Positions 8,034 to 18,122 of a stretch of 64,000 nt of DNA are shown here, piece by piece. Under the pieces are notes generated by a model. That model saw only the letters and a list, made by a program, of their open reading frames with translations. It had not been told where the DNA came from and did not search any database. The stretch comes from Candidatus Poseidoniaceae archaeon (GTDB lineage: Archaea > Thermoplasmatota > Poseidoniia > Poseidoniales > Poseidoniaceae): the NCBI GenBank assembly GCA_949373095.1, contig CASIBY010000003.1, positions 45,631 through 109,630 of the forward strand, written 5' to 3'. How positions within the stretch are numbered: the stretch's first letter is position 1; each line of letters opens with the position of its first letter. The position numbers were made by a program, and so were the translations under genes.

Positions 8034-10352
8034 TCATGAGGATGATGCGCTATCTTCGTCACTCAGAGGTTTGTCTTCACTGCTGGAGCCTTCGCCATCT
8101 GTTGATGTTTCAGAAACGGTAGTGTCGGCAGGTTGTGTATCTTCGGAAATCAAAACTCGAGCGGTTTCTTCTAGCGTAGTAAGGTTGGTAGCAGTGATTC
8201 CTGCCGAAGATATTGCGTAAACATAGTCGCCCATGAAGATGGATCGGCGTATGTTGTATTCGTTCCACCATCGGTTGTTTTCGTCTTGAGCGTAAAGGTC
8301 AGAATGGTCGACTGTCCCATAAACGCTGAGGTTCCCCGTCGTTTCATTGACATCAACGAGCATCAGCTTTGAAACATACTCATAGGACCAATAGTAACGA
8401 TTGTTGATTTCATAATCGACGTATCTGTAGGTGGAAAGCGGTACGGCGAGGAGTTCCTTAGGAGCCCAATATTGGAACGCCTTAGATTCATAGGTTGCCT
8501 CCGACCACGACCAAACCCAATCGCTTTCGTTGGTATTGACTGGTGAAAGTCGGAGAGCAGCATCTTGTGATGGTGCTGTCGGGTCTGTGATGTTAAACAG
8601 GGAAATCTGAGTTCCTGACCAGTCAAGGCCAGTGCCGTCTTCGTTTGCAGGGCCTAATCCGATGGTCAGCAGGTGGTCACGGGATAATGGGTGGATATAG
8701 GTGGAGACTCCTGGGACCTTGAGTTCACCCAAAATAGTGGGTTGAGTCTCATCTGAGACATCTATAACCCAAAGCGGGTCAATTTGTTCAAAGGTTACAA
8801 TGTAGGCGCGGTCACCGTCGAACCGTGCACTCCAAATGCGCTCTCCTGGAGCGATTCCGTCGACCCGGCCCACTTCGATTAAAATCTGTTCTTGAGTTTC
8901 TACATCCATCGAACGAACAAGTGTCACAAGTTGTGATGACATGGGCTCAGGGTCCTCGATCCACCAGCGAGCCCACTGTCCTGCCGTGCTAGCAACGCGA
9001 AGCACACCTTCGTGCTCCGAAAGGGCAAATTGGTTGATAACCGTCCCATTGATGCGCCCGGAGCCAGTATAGAGAGTGGCCTCTCCGCTGATATCAAACG
9101 TGTGAAGATTGGTCATTTCGTTGGCTTCTTCATTGCCCCAGAACCACCACCAGTCAAAGGCACTTTCAGCCAATACGAGGAGGTTTTGAGAGGCGTAGAC
9201 TTGTGGATAGGTGCCTACAATGTGGTCAACTTCAAAGTCAAACTCTACCGATGACAAATCCAGAGCAAAAATACTGGAGATCCCCCGGTTAAATCCTTCG
9301 GAAGGCGCCACGAAATCCGCGCATTGGCCGTCGGTCATCGTATGGGTCGTCACGCTGCCATTGCTGTATTCGTACACCTGTGGGAGGAGGTCCTCAAGAG
9401 TGAGCATCGAAAGAACTTCCCGATTTTCCTGTATGGTTTCCCAAGCAACTTTTTGACGTATTTCGGTGCGAAGAGAATCGTCGTAATCCAGATTCCAATA
9501 GCCCGTTGGAAGGTCTAACCATGTTCGGAGCCCTTGCACGTCCATCCAAGCATGACTGACGGTTCGGACGGTTCCATTGACCTCTCTTGCAGTGATGTAA
9601 CTTCCTTCGATGTACAATTCCCGTTCTACATCTGGGTCCTTCCGGTCAGCCACATCGTAAACCGTAAATTTGGTGAGGCTTGAGGCTCTCCAATTACCAT
9701 ATTCTCCATCCCATCCCATTTCATCAATCACTGGACTGCTTCGTGAAAGACTCCACGGACTTAGCGTTGAAATAACGACCAATTGGTCACCATCCAGCAT
9801 CATGGCCTGAGGGTTTCCCTCTACGGTTGTGTTTGAAAGGTCAGTGAGTTGTCCAAATTCAGGGACTCCAAAGATGTGCAGTTTTTGCCCTTGAAGATAG
9901 TAAATATTGTAGCCATCGGTTTTGACAAAGTCTGCCTCATCAACGCCGGATTCTTGGTTGTTCGTTCCCGAAAAGTCCTCGCCCTCAACCAACTTTGGTG
10001 CCGTGCGAGGTTGGGCTGCAGCGCCTCCTTCTGCACCGCTTGCAGTGTCTGCGACCATTTCCATATCATCTTCCATCCAAATGCCGCCGCCATAGTAATA
10101 TTCCTCGGCTGCCGCTTGCAGAAGTTGTATTCTGTATTCTTCTTCAAGAGAAGATTTCAAAGATTGTTCTAGGTCCTCACAGTCATCGTAACCTTGCAAT
10201 TGTGGCGAACCAATACTCCGAGCGGGGACGTCGTTCCAATCATCGGGAAGTTCGACATCGGGAACTTCTACGCTTGGTTCAATAGCGTTGAGACAACCTG
10301 CTCCGAAGAACAACATCATCATCGTCACGGCAAGCATTTGCTTTGAGTGCAT
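8034..10352 (-). CDS. Secreted beta-propeller-domain lipoprotein (PF09826-like)
   Basis: Signal peptide plus lipobox (MLAVTMMMLFFGAGC). GVDEADFVKTDGYNIYYL is the characteristic block of the beta-propeller-domain family. The C-terminal tail is Ser/Asp/Glu-rich. I prefer the ATG at 10352; the track ORF starts at a TTG at 10406. Confidence 0.75.
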   Translation of the reverse strand: MHSKQMLAVTMMMLFFGAGCLNAIEPSVEVPDVELPDDWNDVPARSIGSPQLQGYDDCEDLEQSLKSSLEEEYRIQLLQAAAEEYYYGGGIWMEDDMEMVADTASGAEGGAAAQPRTAPKLVEGEDFSGTNNQESGVDEADFVKTDGYNIYYLQGQKLHIFGVPEFGQLTDLSNTTVEGNPQAMMLDGDQLVVISTLSPWSLSRSSPVIDEMGWDGEYGNWRASSLTKFTVYDVADRKDPDVERELYIEGSYITAREVNGTVRTVSHAWMDVQGLRTWLDLPTGYWNLDYDDSLRTEIRQKVAWETIQENREVLSMLTLEDLLPQVYEYSNGSVTTHTMTDGQCADFVAPSEGFNRGISSIFALDLSSVEFDFEVDHIVGTYPQVYASQNLLVLAESAFDWWWFWGNEEANEMTNLHTFDISGEATLYTGSGRINGTVINQFALSEHEGVLRVASTAGQWARWWIEDPEPMSSQLVTLVRSMDVETQEQILIEVGRVDGIAPGERIWSARFDGDRAYIVTFEQIDPLWVIDVSDETQPTILGELKVPGVSTYIHPLSRDHLLTIGLGPANEDGTGLDWSGTQISLFNITDPTAPSQDAALRLSPVNTNESDWVWSWSEATYESKAFQYWAPKELLAVPLSTYRYVDYEINNRYYWSYEYVSKLMLVDVNETTGNLSVYGTVDHSDLYAQDENNRWWNEYNIRRSIFMGDYVYAISSAGITATNLTTLEETARVLISEDTQPADTTVSETSTDGEGSSSEDKPLSDEDSASSS

Positions 10353-10413
10353 GCCAGTGACTAGCGACCCGCTGGTTATCAAAGACTTGGTGAGTTGATT
10401 TGACAAATAGGTA

Positions 10414-11295
10414 TTAATTGCTAATCGGCGGAGTTTTGCTACTCGCTAGAGCCTCGGATCCCAATGAAGAAATGGCCCATGGAGACCGTTTGCGCGAGGT
10501 GGTTGGGAAAATATATTCTGACCGTTTCAGTTCGGTTATATGATGATGAAGGAGTTGACGAGATATGCCCAGATGTGAGGTGATTTCCTTGTTTGACAAC
10601 CCTAACGAACCTGAATTTGATAGTACTTCTAGTACTGCCAATCGGGTCCCAACTACAGTGGTTTTTATCTTCAAGATACTATCTGGCGGAGTACCTTTTG
10701 ATGCATATCGGCGGAGTTTTCCATCGCGCCACGAAATGATTTTTTCCGAAGATTCAAGAGATTGAAGATGGTGTGCTGTCACTCCATTTGCCAAATCTAA
10801 TGCATCACGTAAAGCTGAGAAGTGAATTCCAGCATTAGCTTCAATAAATCCTAGAATACGGCCCTTTGTCAGGTCATTTGTCGAATGCCTACGGGCAAGA
10901 AGCGGAGTCACGAAAGCCATTAAGAGAATAATATGAATTGACTCAGAGAATAACGAACCTATGACGAGAGTAGAGAGAAATGTTGCCCCGGCATAGAGAG
11001 AGGTTCGCCCCTGGGTCGGTGCTGGGTCAAAATCAGCTTCATTCGTATCAGACTCCAGAGGCTGGGGTACGTATGCGTCCTCCTCTGCATTTTTTGCCGT
11101 TTCCTCATCAGCCGATTCTTCATCGGACGTTTCTCCATCAGACGCGCCTTCCTCGGCGCCAGCGAGTCTGTCGGATGAGTTTGGGCCCTCTTCGTAATCC
11201 GTTGACGAGGTGTTTTGGACAGATTGGACGGTCCCGTAAACGATAAGGGCCACGGCGAAAAAAGCCAACAGGCGGACAAATTGAACCGATTTCAC
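10414..11295 (-). CDS. Membrane-anchored protein with two winged-helix (ArsR/TrmB-like) DNA-binding domains
   Basis: GTG start, then an N-terminal TM (LLAFFAVALIVYG) and an acidic low-complexity segment. A second TM region follows (GATFLSTLVIGSLF...ILLMAFVTPLL). Two wHTH-like units come after it (ILGFIEANAGIHFSALRDALDLANGVTAHHLQSLE and AVLEVLSNSGSLGLSNKEITSHLGISRQLLHHHITELK). Confidence 0.65.
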   Translation of the reverse strand: MKSVQFVRLLAFFAVALIVYGTVQSVQNTSSTDYEEGPNSSDRLAGAEEGASDGETSDEESADEETAKNAEEDAYVPQPLESDTNEADFDPAPTQGRTSLYAGATFLSTLVIGSLFSESIHIILLMAFVTPLLARRHSTNDLTKGRILGFIEANAGIHFSALRDALDLANGVTAHHLQSLESSEKIISWRDGKLRRYASKGTPPDSILKIKTTVVGTRLAVLEVLSNSGSLGLSNKEITSHLGISRQLLHHHITELKRSEYIFPTTSRKRSPWAISSLGSEALASSKTPPISN

Positions 11296-11353
11296 AACAT
11301 CCTCATTGTGCGCGTGGATATGAATGAAATGGTAAATTGATTTTACAAACCGG

Positions 11354-12013
11354 TCACAAAAGGGTCATAGCGGCATAACCAACTATTCCGAGAATGATAA
11401 TTATGAGGACGCTGCGTTTCAACCAACTCTTCTTTTTCTTGGAAGGTGCTGATTCCGCAATGAGAATTTCAGGTAATATTAGGTCGGGAAGTACTGCTTC
11501 GGGCAGGGGGAGGGTTAATTCTGGAAGAACAGGCATTAGTGCTCCTTCATCCGCTTCAACCTTAACACGGTCTTCGGGATAGAGGGCATCCAAGTCTTCT
11601 AAGCCCGGTGCTTCGGGGATGGTTCCGATAATCTTACTCCATGATGATTCTAGTGTCCCGCTGGATATCGGTTTTTGGAGCCAAGTAACTGCTCCAGCAG
11701 AAAACGATGCATTGCGGGCAAGTTCGGCCATCCGGCTTGGAGCGACAAAAACAATGCGCTGTTCTCCTCCATGCTCACGCATTTCCAATGCTGCGAGGTG
11801 ACCGTCAAGTGAGGGAAGGTCTAGTGAGAGAACTACAAGTTCTGGGTCCAGGCGAATGTATTCATCAACGGCTTTATCGCCGTCTTCACAAACTTCGATG
11901 TTGAAATTCTTAGCCTTGAAAAGGTTGGTGAGGCGCATCGATGCCATCGGATTGTTGTCAACAATGAGGACGGTTGGGGCCGCATCATCGTTAACGTCGG
12001 TAACAAGGCCCAT
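11354..12013 (-). CDS. CheY-like receiver-domain protein with Pro-rich linker and C-terminal TM anchor
   Basis: Receiver-domain pattern VLIVDNNPM...ELVVLSLDLPSLDG...LQKP. The C-terminus is KKKKSWLKRSVLIIIILGIVGYAAMTLL. I use the ATG at 12013; the track ORF starts at a TTG at 12022. Confidence 0.7.
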   Translation of the reverse strand: MGLVTDVNDDAAPTVLIVDNNPMASMRLTNLFKAKNFNIEVCEDGDKAVDEYIRLDPELVVLSLDLPSLDGHLAALEMREHGGEQRIVFVAPSRMAELARNASFSAGAVTWLQKPISSGTLESSWSKIIGTIPEAPGLEDLDALYPEDRVKVEADEGALMPVLPELTLPLPEAVLPDLILPEILIAESAPSKKKKSWLKRSVLIIIILGIVGYAAMTLL

Positions 12014-12057
12014 AGCAATCAAAGCATCGCACAGAGTTCTTCCACATCAAACAACCG

Positions 12058-12438
12058 CTATTCTTCTTCTCCAGAGGCTGATGTTGACAGATCTTCAACT
12101 GGACCGTCTTGTGGCTGGTTAAATGTCTCCCGAATGACTTCGCTTTGTGCTTGTTCTTCTTGCCGCTTACGATGAAGTTGCGGTGCCTTAGTGAAATGCA
12201 TTTGCAAATCGCTGATGACCGTTCGGAGCATTTGTGTTTCTTGTGATGTCAAATTACCTTCTGTCTTTTTCTGAAACATTCGTAGAACTTCTATTCCTTC
12301 TTTAGCCTCGAGAAGGTTGTAGTGGAAGGCATGGTCTTGGTCGGGTAAATAGCCCATATGAAGCATGGTCGAGCGTTGTAGCATCTGTACAATTTGGAAA
12401 AACCGAGCCGAGTCTTCGTCTGCAAACATATCCGCCAT
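12058..12438 (-). CDS. DUF1844-like small protein
   Basis: The block FFQIVQMLQRSTMLHMGYLPD...NLLEAKEGIEVLRMFQKKTEGNLTSQETQMLRTVISDLQMHF matches the DUF1844 pattern (KT.GNLt.eE). The start is trimmed to the ATG at 12438 because the longer ORF overlaps ftsY. Confidence 0.6.
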   Translation of the reverse strand: MADMFADEDSARFFQIVQMLQRSTMLHMGYLPDQDHAFHYNLLEAKEGIEVLRMFQKKTEGNLTSQETQMLRTVISDLQMHFTKAPQLHRKRQEEQAQSEVIRETFNQPQDGPVEDLSTSASGEEE

Positions 12439-12475
12439 GGACCGACCAGGCGTTGGGGGTTTTTCTCCTTCTCGC

Positions 12476-13873
12476 TCATTCAAACAACTGGTCAAGCAAC
12501 CATTGCGGTTCAAATTGAAGCAGGTCATCATATCCTTGACCAATGCCTGCAAAGACGATTGGTCGGCCAGTAGCGTAGGCGATTGAAAGGCCTGCGCCTC
12601 CCTTTGCGTCGGTATCCATTTTCGTTAGTACTGCTCCGTCAAAGCGCATGATTTCTTGAAACATCTTAGCCTGATCAACCGCATCATTACCTGCAAGTGA
12701 GTCGCCAACGAAGAGTGTTAGGTGGGGGTTCGTCACCTTGCGAACTTTGTTGAGTTCGTTCATGAGGTTTGTTTTATTCTGCATTCGCCCGGCTGTATCA
12801 ACCAGAACAACGTCGATGCCTCGGGCTTTAGCGGATTCAATCGCATCGCGGGCTATTGCGGCCGAGTCGCCACCTCGCTGACTCGAAATACAACGAATGC
12901 CAAGGTTTTCGCAGTGAGATTCCAATTGCTGAATGGCTCCAGCCCTGAATGTATCACCTGCTGCAGCGATCACGCTGATGTTGTTGTTCAGGAGACGTTG
13001 GGCAATTTTAGCGGCGGTTGTTGTCTTGCCAGTTCCGTTTACGCCGACCATCATGATGACGACAGGAGTATCTCCGGCGTCAATGAATCCTTTGACCGAA
13101 GCATCAAAGTCCCAATAGCCGGCTTCTAAGAGACCATGGAGAGCGCGTTTAAGGGCAGCCTCGAGAACCTTTGGCAGTTCGGCACCTTTTCTCAAGCGAG
13201 ACCCGATGAGTGCAGTACGTAGACTGGAGATAAGAGCGGATGTCGCATGTTGGGAGATATCAGATTCAAGAAGGACCCATTCCAATTCTTCAAGAAGGTT
13301 GTCAAGAGCTGCACTTGGCTTGATAATACGCCCTCCTTCAGCGACTACACCGCCACCGAGTTCAATGTCAAGAGTTGTCCCGGCTTCCGTTTCCAATTGT
13401 GCCGTTTTTGAAGACCCTTTTGGGGCCTGTTTAACCTTGACGAGTTGCCGACCGGTCGTTGTTCTCATCATGGTCAAATCAACTTTGGAACCTCTTGGCC
13501 GTGCAACATCAACAGCACCTCGCTTTTTCATGTCTTTAGCAACCTTAGCTGCTTTCTTTTTACGCTCTTTTTCTTGACGTTCAAGGAATTTGCGTTCTTT
13601 CTTAGTTAACGCGATCGGAGCATTCGGTTCGTCGTCATCCCATTCATCCCAGTCGTCGTCAGGAGTGGGTGTTGCTTGCGTCACTTTTTCGGCTGCCTCT
13701 ATCGCTTCCAAATCTTCCAAATCATCCCAATCCTCTGACGGCTCGGATGGTTCGGTTGACGTGTGGAGGAGTTCTTTTGCTTCCACTGAGTTTGCATCAG
13801 TAGAGAGTGCTTGCTCATCAACATCGATTGCAACTTCACGAACTCGGCGACGAAACTTATCAAACAAACCCAT
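12476..13873 (-). CDS. ftsY: Signal recognition particle receptor FtsY
   Basis: Acidic N-terminal A-domain followed by an SRP-GTPase NG domain: MMVGVNGTGKTTTAAK, DTAGR, TKMD, and the GxGQG-type ending. Confidence 0.92.
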   Translation of the reverse strand: MGLFDKFRRRVREVAIDVDEQALSTDANSVEAKELLHTSTEPSEPSEDWDDLEDLEAIEAAEKVTQATPTPDDDWDEWDDDEPNAPIALTKKERKFLERQEKERKKKAAKVAKDMKKRGAVDVARPRGSKVDLTMMRTTTGRQLVKVKQAPKGSSKTAQLETEAGTTLDIELGGGVVAEGGRIIKPSAALDNLLEELEWVLLESDISQHATSALISSLRTALIGSRLRKGAELPKVLEAALKRALHGLLEAGYWDFDASVKGFIDAGDTPVVIMMVGVNGTGKTTTAAKIAQRLLNNNISVIAAAGDTFRAGAIQQLESHCENLGIRCISSQRGGDSAAIARDAIESAKARGIDVVLVDTAGRMQNKTNLMNELNKVRKVTNPHLTLFVGDSLAGNDAVDQAKMFQEIMRFDGAVLTKMDTDAKGGAGLSIAYATGRPIVFAGIGQGYDDLLQFEPQWLLDQLFE

Positions 13874-13882
13874 CCAGTCACC

Positions 13883-14464
13883 TCAGTCGTCCAATGTTAA
13901 ATCGTTTCCGAACATTCCCCGTTTTCGGCCCCTGCGGGCAGGCTTAGCCGGTTCCGGCTCTGGCTCAGATACCGTTTGTTGTGGAAGGGTTTTGGCTTCT
14001 ACTGGTGCAGCTGTGAGAGATTGGAGTTGTTCGGCAGCCGTATTAAACGCCTGAGCAACTTGAGCGAGATTTGTTTCTGTTTGTTCGGCTTGTCCTTGAA
14101 GTTCGTCCCGCAGATGTTGGATGTCGCTTTCTCGCTCGAGGGTTATAGCGTGGGCATCTGACCAGTGGCGCTCACCAAAAACCCCAGCTCCCAAATCAAC
14201 GAGAGCGATGCCTTCTTCACTCCCTTGGTGCCGGTAATGGAGACTTACTCCCGAGCCGATTGAAACATGACTCGATGCGTTATTTGGATCTTGATGGGCC
14301 ATCAGTGCCTTGAGGGCCCCCCCTGTAATCTTGTGCTCAGACAACACCGCATCCACTTGCTCCATGCGAAGATGAATTTCATCAAGGCGTTTACGCAAGG
14401 CCTCAACGTCTCTGGCCATACGCTGTAATTGGGTGCGGTCTACCATCGGGCTCAACCCTTCCAT
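13883..14464 (-). CDS. pfdA: Prefoldin alpha subunit with extended C-terminal tail
   Basis: Two coiled-coil arms flank a beta-hairpin core (HVSIGSGVSLHYRH...ALVDLGAGVFGE). It sits between LX and ftsY, the classical archaeal arrangement. Confidence 0.75.
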   Translation of the reverse strand: MEGLSPMVDRTQLQRMARDVEALRKRLDEIHLRMEQVDAVLSEHKITGGALKALMAHQDPNNASSHVSIGSGVSLHYRHQGSEEGIALVDLGAGVFGERHWSDAHAITLERESDIQHLRDELQGQAEQTETNLAQVAQAFNTAAEQLQSLTAAPVEAKTLPQQTVSEPEPEPAKPARRGRKRGMFGNDLTLDD

Positions 14465-14499
14465 TCGCTAGGAGTTGAAGAAGGCGACGACCGGAGGGT

Positions 14500-14796
14500 T
14501 CACTCTTCTTCGCTCACGGCGGTAATTGGGCCGCCTTGAGCTGCAATTTGCTCTCGGAAGGCATGAAGGACGTGGGGTTCGGTTGAAGTTCTTGGGTCTA
14601 TTTCTGACACATCGGTAATAGCAATGGTTCGTCGCTTTGCACGGTGACGTGACCCAATAATGGAGTATGTTTTGTCGGTTGCTTGTTCAGCATTTTCTGC
14701 GGTAAAGTCGTAAGAAAACTCTTGTCGCTGGCTACCAAAAGGTGCCGTCCCTGTCACTCGATAGGCCTTCATCGGACCGACCGACCTGCCATCCAT
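14500..14796 (-). CDS. rplX: Ribosomal protein LX (L18Ae/L20A family)
   Basis: The pattern MKAYRVTGTAPFGSQRQEFSYDFTAENAEQATDKTYSIIGSRHRAKRRTIAI matches the LX pattern (MKVYRV...SELGSRHK.KR..I.I). The true start may be the internal ATG at 14772. Confidence 0.8.
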   Translation of the reverse strand: MDGRSVGPMKAYRVTGTAPFGSQRQEFSYDFTAENAEQATDKTYSIIGSRHRAKRRTIAITDVSEIDPRTSTEPHVLHAFREQIAAQGGPITAVSEEE

Positions 14797-14870
14797 CCTT
14801 AAACGCGCTGGCGCGAATTGAGTAAACTAACAACCGCAAGATTGAGACAAAAAGGAATGCTCGGGGTGTT

Positions 14871-17800
14871 ATGTCGAAGGCCTGGGCGATGATTGTTCTG
14901 GCCTTCATGCCACTGGTTTCGGGAATGTATGCTCCTCCAATGGAGCCCGAACCGCCAGAGATTGTGACGGGGAACGAACGATTGTTGGTGCTTGAGAGCG
15001 GCGTGTGGGATTCCGAGGGCTGGTTGGAGTTAACTGAATATGGTTTGACGCCCCTCCGCGTTGTGGACCAACAATCACTTCTTGTTTGGATCCCGTATGA
15101 TGCTACTTTACCGGCAAATTATGATGTAATCCCCTATAGTGATGCAGTTTGGAAACCGGGTATTGAAACACAAGCAGCACAAGTTGGAGACTGGGTCCGG
15201 GTTGTTTACGAACCTCGACTTCCAATTGATGTAAAGTTGAGTATCGCCGATTCTTTGGGGGCCTATGGTGGCTTCTTAGCAGATCGAAATGTTGGGCCGC
15301 TTCTCCCCATACCTACTTTCACCAATGTTCTCATTCAAGATATGAGGTTCATTGATGCGGCGTTAACTATTGAGGGGGTGTTGTGGGTTGAGCCGGTGTT
15401 AGACACAGAAGGTCGGAACGGAGTGAGTGCTTCAATTCACGAGCACGGTCTACTCACTGAACATCCGTTTTGGAAACTCGGATTGAACGGGAGTGGCGTA
15501 ACATTGGGTATCGCTGATAGCGGCCTTGACGCTGACCACGCTTGTTTTCGGAACGCCACGAGTGCTGTGGGTATGTTTGCAGAACCGTCTGCGGAATATC
15601 CTGCAGTAGGAATCTTTGGCGACCAGCATCGGAAAGTTCTGCTTCTCAACACCACCATCGATGAAAATGACACCCCTGGTGATGAGGACTATCGGCATGG
15701 GACACATGTCGCTGGAAGTTTGGTATGTTTTGATGTTTCAAGCGACCGAAATGGGACGATTCCGGCCAACGGTTCAGCTCTTGCCCACGGTTCAAAACTT
15801 CTAATGCAAGATATCGTGTCTTCTGACGGGTGGGCGCCTCCAAACGTTGACGACTTGCTCTACGAATCCTCCGCCCAAGGAGCATTCATTCATTCAAATT
15901 CATGGGGAGATGCTACTACCGCCTACACCCAACGAACTGCGACATTTGATGGATTTGCGAAAGCAATGCCCTGGTCGATTGCATTCATCGCTCCTGGTAA
16001 TTCCGGCGCAGGAATTCTTGAACCCGCCAACGGACGTAATGTGGTTTCTATTAGTGCAACGACAAAGGCCGTTGACGCAGCGGTGTGGGGTTCCTCTTCC
16101 TACGGCCCTACAGAAGCTGGCACGGACGGAGTGTTCATGCTGGCGACGGGCGGAAGTGTACAATCGGCTGCGGCCGATGGTGATTGGTCTTCCAACAATT
16201 TCAATCTCCGCTCATCTTCTGGGACGAGTATGGCAACACCTGCGGCGGCAGGCGCCGCTGGAATACTTCAGCAAATGTATCAGGACGGTTGGCTTACTGG
16301 TTCCTTCGAAACTCAACATGCAGTCCCACTTTCTGCCCTTCAGCCATCTTGGGTTGAGGGCGTCCCGAACAACACAACACTGCTCCTTGGACCTGGCTTT
16401 ACACCGTCTGGCTCGCTCATGCGCGCAACGCTAGCTCTCGCTGCAACCCCACTTAGCCAAGATGAAAGAGGTGGTGGAAATGGAGGGCATGAATTACATA
16501 ATCCAAACGATGGATGGGGGCGTTTGAATCTCAGTGAGGTGTTTAATCCGTCAAGTATCATGGGTGGTGGAATGATTTCGCCCCTGGGCGACGTGTGGGT
16601 TCACGACAGTTATCGCCTTACAAATTCCAACCCGATGGAATGGATGGAAACCTACGGTGGGCAACGAAGTAATCTCTCTGGGTTCTCGGAAATTTCGTGG
16701 GACGGAGTTGGGGCAGCGGGCCCGTTTCTCAAGACCGGGGAGCGATTCCAACAACGATTCTCTCCGCTTGCAGATACTGATGTTGCTATTCGTTTGGCCT
16801 ACCCCGCTCAACCCGAACCCTCGGTAGTTGACGACCTACAAATTCGGATAACGTTCCCTGATGGCACTGTTGTCGTCCCAGATCGTTTGCACGCCGACGG
16901 AACTCCGACCGAATTCAACGGAACCGTCGCCGATTTTGACAATCTGGATTCATTTCCTGCAAGCAATGAGACGACTTTTGGAATTAACCTTCCAAAAGAA
17001 TTACTTGAGCAGCATTCATATTTCGATGTAGAGGTTGTTGCACGCTATGTTGCGCCTGGCGGTGATGCTGGGTCTGTTGGCCTCAATGGCGACCGCGTTG
17101 GGTTTGGCTTGGTTGTTCAGGGTGTAGACAGAGACGGAGATGACCACCTCGACGGAGATGGTGATGGCGTGGCGAACATGGACGACCTATGTCCGAATGA
17201 AAATGCAATTGGAAACGACATTGATGGGGACGGGTGTCTCGATGATGACGATGGGGATGGAGTTGTTAGCCCGTATGACGATTGCCCTGACATTGATGCG
17301 TCAGGATATGATGCAAATAACGACGGGTGTATTGATGACTCTGATGGAGACGGCGTCTTGGATGATGAAGATGAATGCTATACTGAAGGAGATTCTTGGC
17401 CTGTTATGCCAAATGGATGCTACCCCCTTGATGAAGCTCCTATCATTCAATTTCTTAGCGCCCAGGAAAACGGAACGGTCTGGATTGACCAGTTCTCAGT
17501 AGAATGGAGTGTGAGTGATGCAGACGGGGATGGTTATCGTTCCGGTGTACACTTGGTGTACTCCAACAATTCAAATTACAGCATCACGGATTGTCAATAC
17601 CAACATACCACCAATCAAACCATGAAGTGTGTTTGGAGCAATCCCGATGATCTCCCGTTACAGTATCTTGACGATGGATCATTTGTTCTCCAGATTTTTG
17701 TTCAGACCACCAACGGATCTCCTGCAGCCTCTCTAGAACGGATTGTTATCAATGCCGCGACGAACATCACCATTGAACGCCCGATATTGATCGGGGAAGA

Positions 17801-17999
17801 GTCTGGCGAGCCGGTCTTAATCACTACAAAATCCTCCCCTCCACTACTGCAATGGGCGTTAATTGGAACTTTACTCGCTGCAATCACCAGTTTTTGGTGG
17901 TCAAAACGGCAACTGAGAGACGATGCAGAGGGGGGACTTCCGGCGCCATTTGTGCAAACAGAAAAAGGTAGAGATATTTTCCAAGAACAAGAAGAGTAA
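14871..17999 (+). CDS. Secreted subtilisin-like (S8) serine protease with Asp-rich calcium-binding repeats and C-terminal TM anchor
   Basis: Signal peptide, then the catalytic triad blocks GIADSGLDADH, HGTHVAGS and SGTSMATPAAAGAAG. Thrombospondin-type-3-like D-x-D-G-D-G repeats lie at nt 17127-17382. The C-terminal anchor is LLQWALIGTLLAAITSFWW. Confidence 0.88.
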   Translation: MSKAWAMIVLAFMPLVSGMYAPPMEPEPPEIVTGNERLLVLESGVWDSEGWLELTEYGLTPLRVVDQQSLLVWIPYDATLPANYDVIPYSDAVWKPGIETQAAQVGDWVRVVYEPRLPIDVKLSIADSLGAYGGFLADRNVGPLLPIPTFTNVLIQDMRFIDAALTIEGVLWVEPVLDTEGRNGVSASIHEHGLLTEHPFWKLGLNGSGVTLGIADSGLDADHACFRNATSAVGMFAEPSAEYPAVGIFGDQHRKVLLLNTTIDENDTPGDEDYRHGTHVAGSLVCFDVSSDRNGTIPANGSALAHGSKLLMQDIVSSDGWAPPNVDDLLYESSAQGAFIHSNSWGDATTAYTQRTATFDGFAKAMPWSIAFIAPGNSGAGILEPANGRNVVSISATTKAVDAAVWGSSSYGPTEAGTDGVFMLATGGSVQSAAADGDWSSNNFNLRSSSGTSMATPAAAGAAGILQQMYQDGWLTGSFETQHAVPLSALQPSWVEGVPNNTTLLLGPGFTPSGSLMRATLALAATPLSQDERGGGNGGHELHNPNDGWGRLNLSEVFNPSSIMGGGMISPLGDVWVHDSYRLTNSNPMEWMETYGGQRSNLSGFSEISWDGVGAAGPFLKTGERFQQRFSPLADTDVAIRLAYPAQPEPSVVDDLQIRITFPDGTVVVPDRLHADGTPTEFNGTVADFDNLDSFPASNETTFGINLPKELLEQHSYFDVEVVARYVAPGGDAGSVGLNGDRVGFGLVVQGVDRDGDDHLDGDGDGVANMDDLCPNENAIGNDIDGDGCLDDDDGDGVVSPYDDCPDIDASGYDANNDGCIDDSDGDGVLDDEDECYTEGDSWPVMPNGCYPLDEAPIIQFLSAQENGTVWIDQFSVEWSVSDADGDGYRSGVHLVYSNNSNYSITDCQYQHTTNQTMKCVWSNPDDLPLQYLDDGSFVLQIFVQTTNGSPAASLERIVINAATNITIERPILIGEESGEPVLITTKSSPPLLQWALIGTLLAAITSFWWSKRQLRDDAEGGLPAPFVQTEKGRDIFQEQEE

Positions 18000-18122
18000 A
18001 CAATGCACTGCTCTTCACTCCTAACTATGAAGGGCGTTGATTCCAACACAATTTCACAAGGTGAACCTTGAAGGTTGGTGGCATACTCGCCGGTATGTCC
18101 GCAAGTCGGAAGGTGAACAAAA

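Noticed and set aside
12439-12552. Longer start for the DUF1844-like gene overlapping ftsY by 77 nt
   Set aside because: The extra residues (MQALVKDMMTCFNLNRNGC...) are read from the ftsY 3' coding region in another frame. The ATG at 12438 lies just downstream of the ftsY stop.
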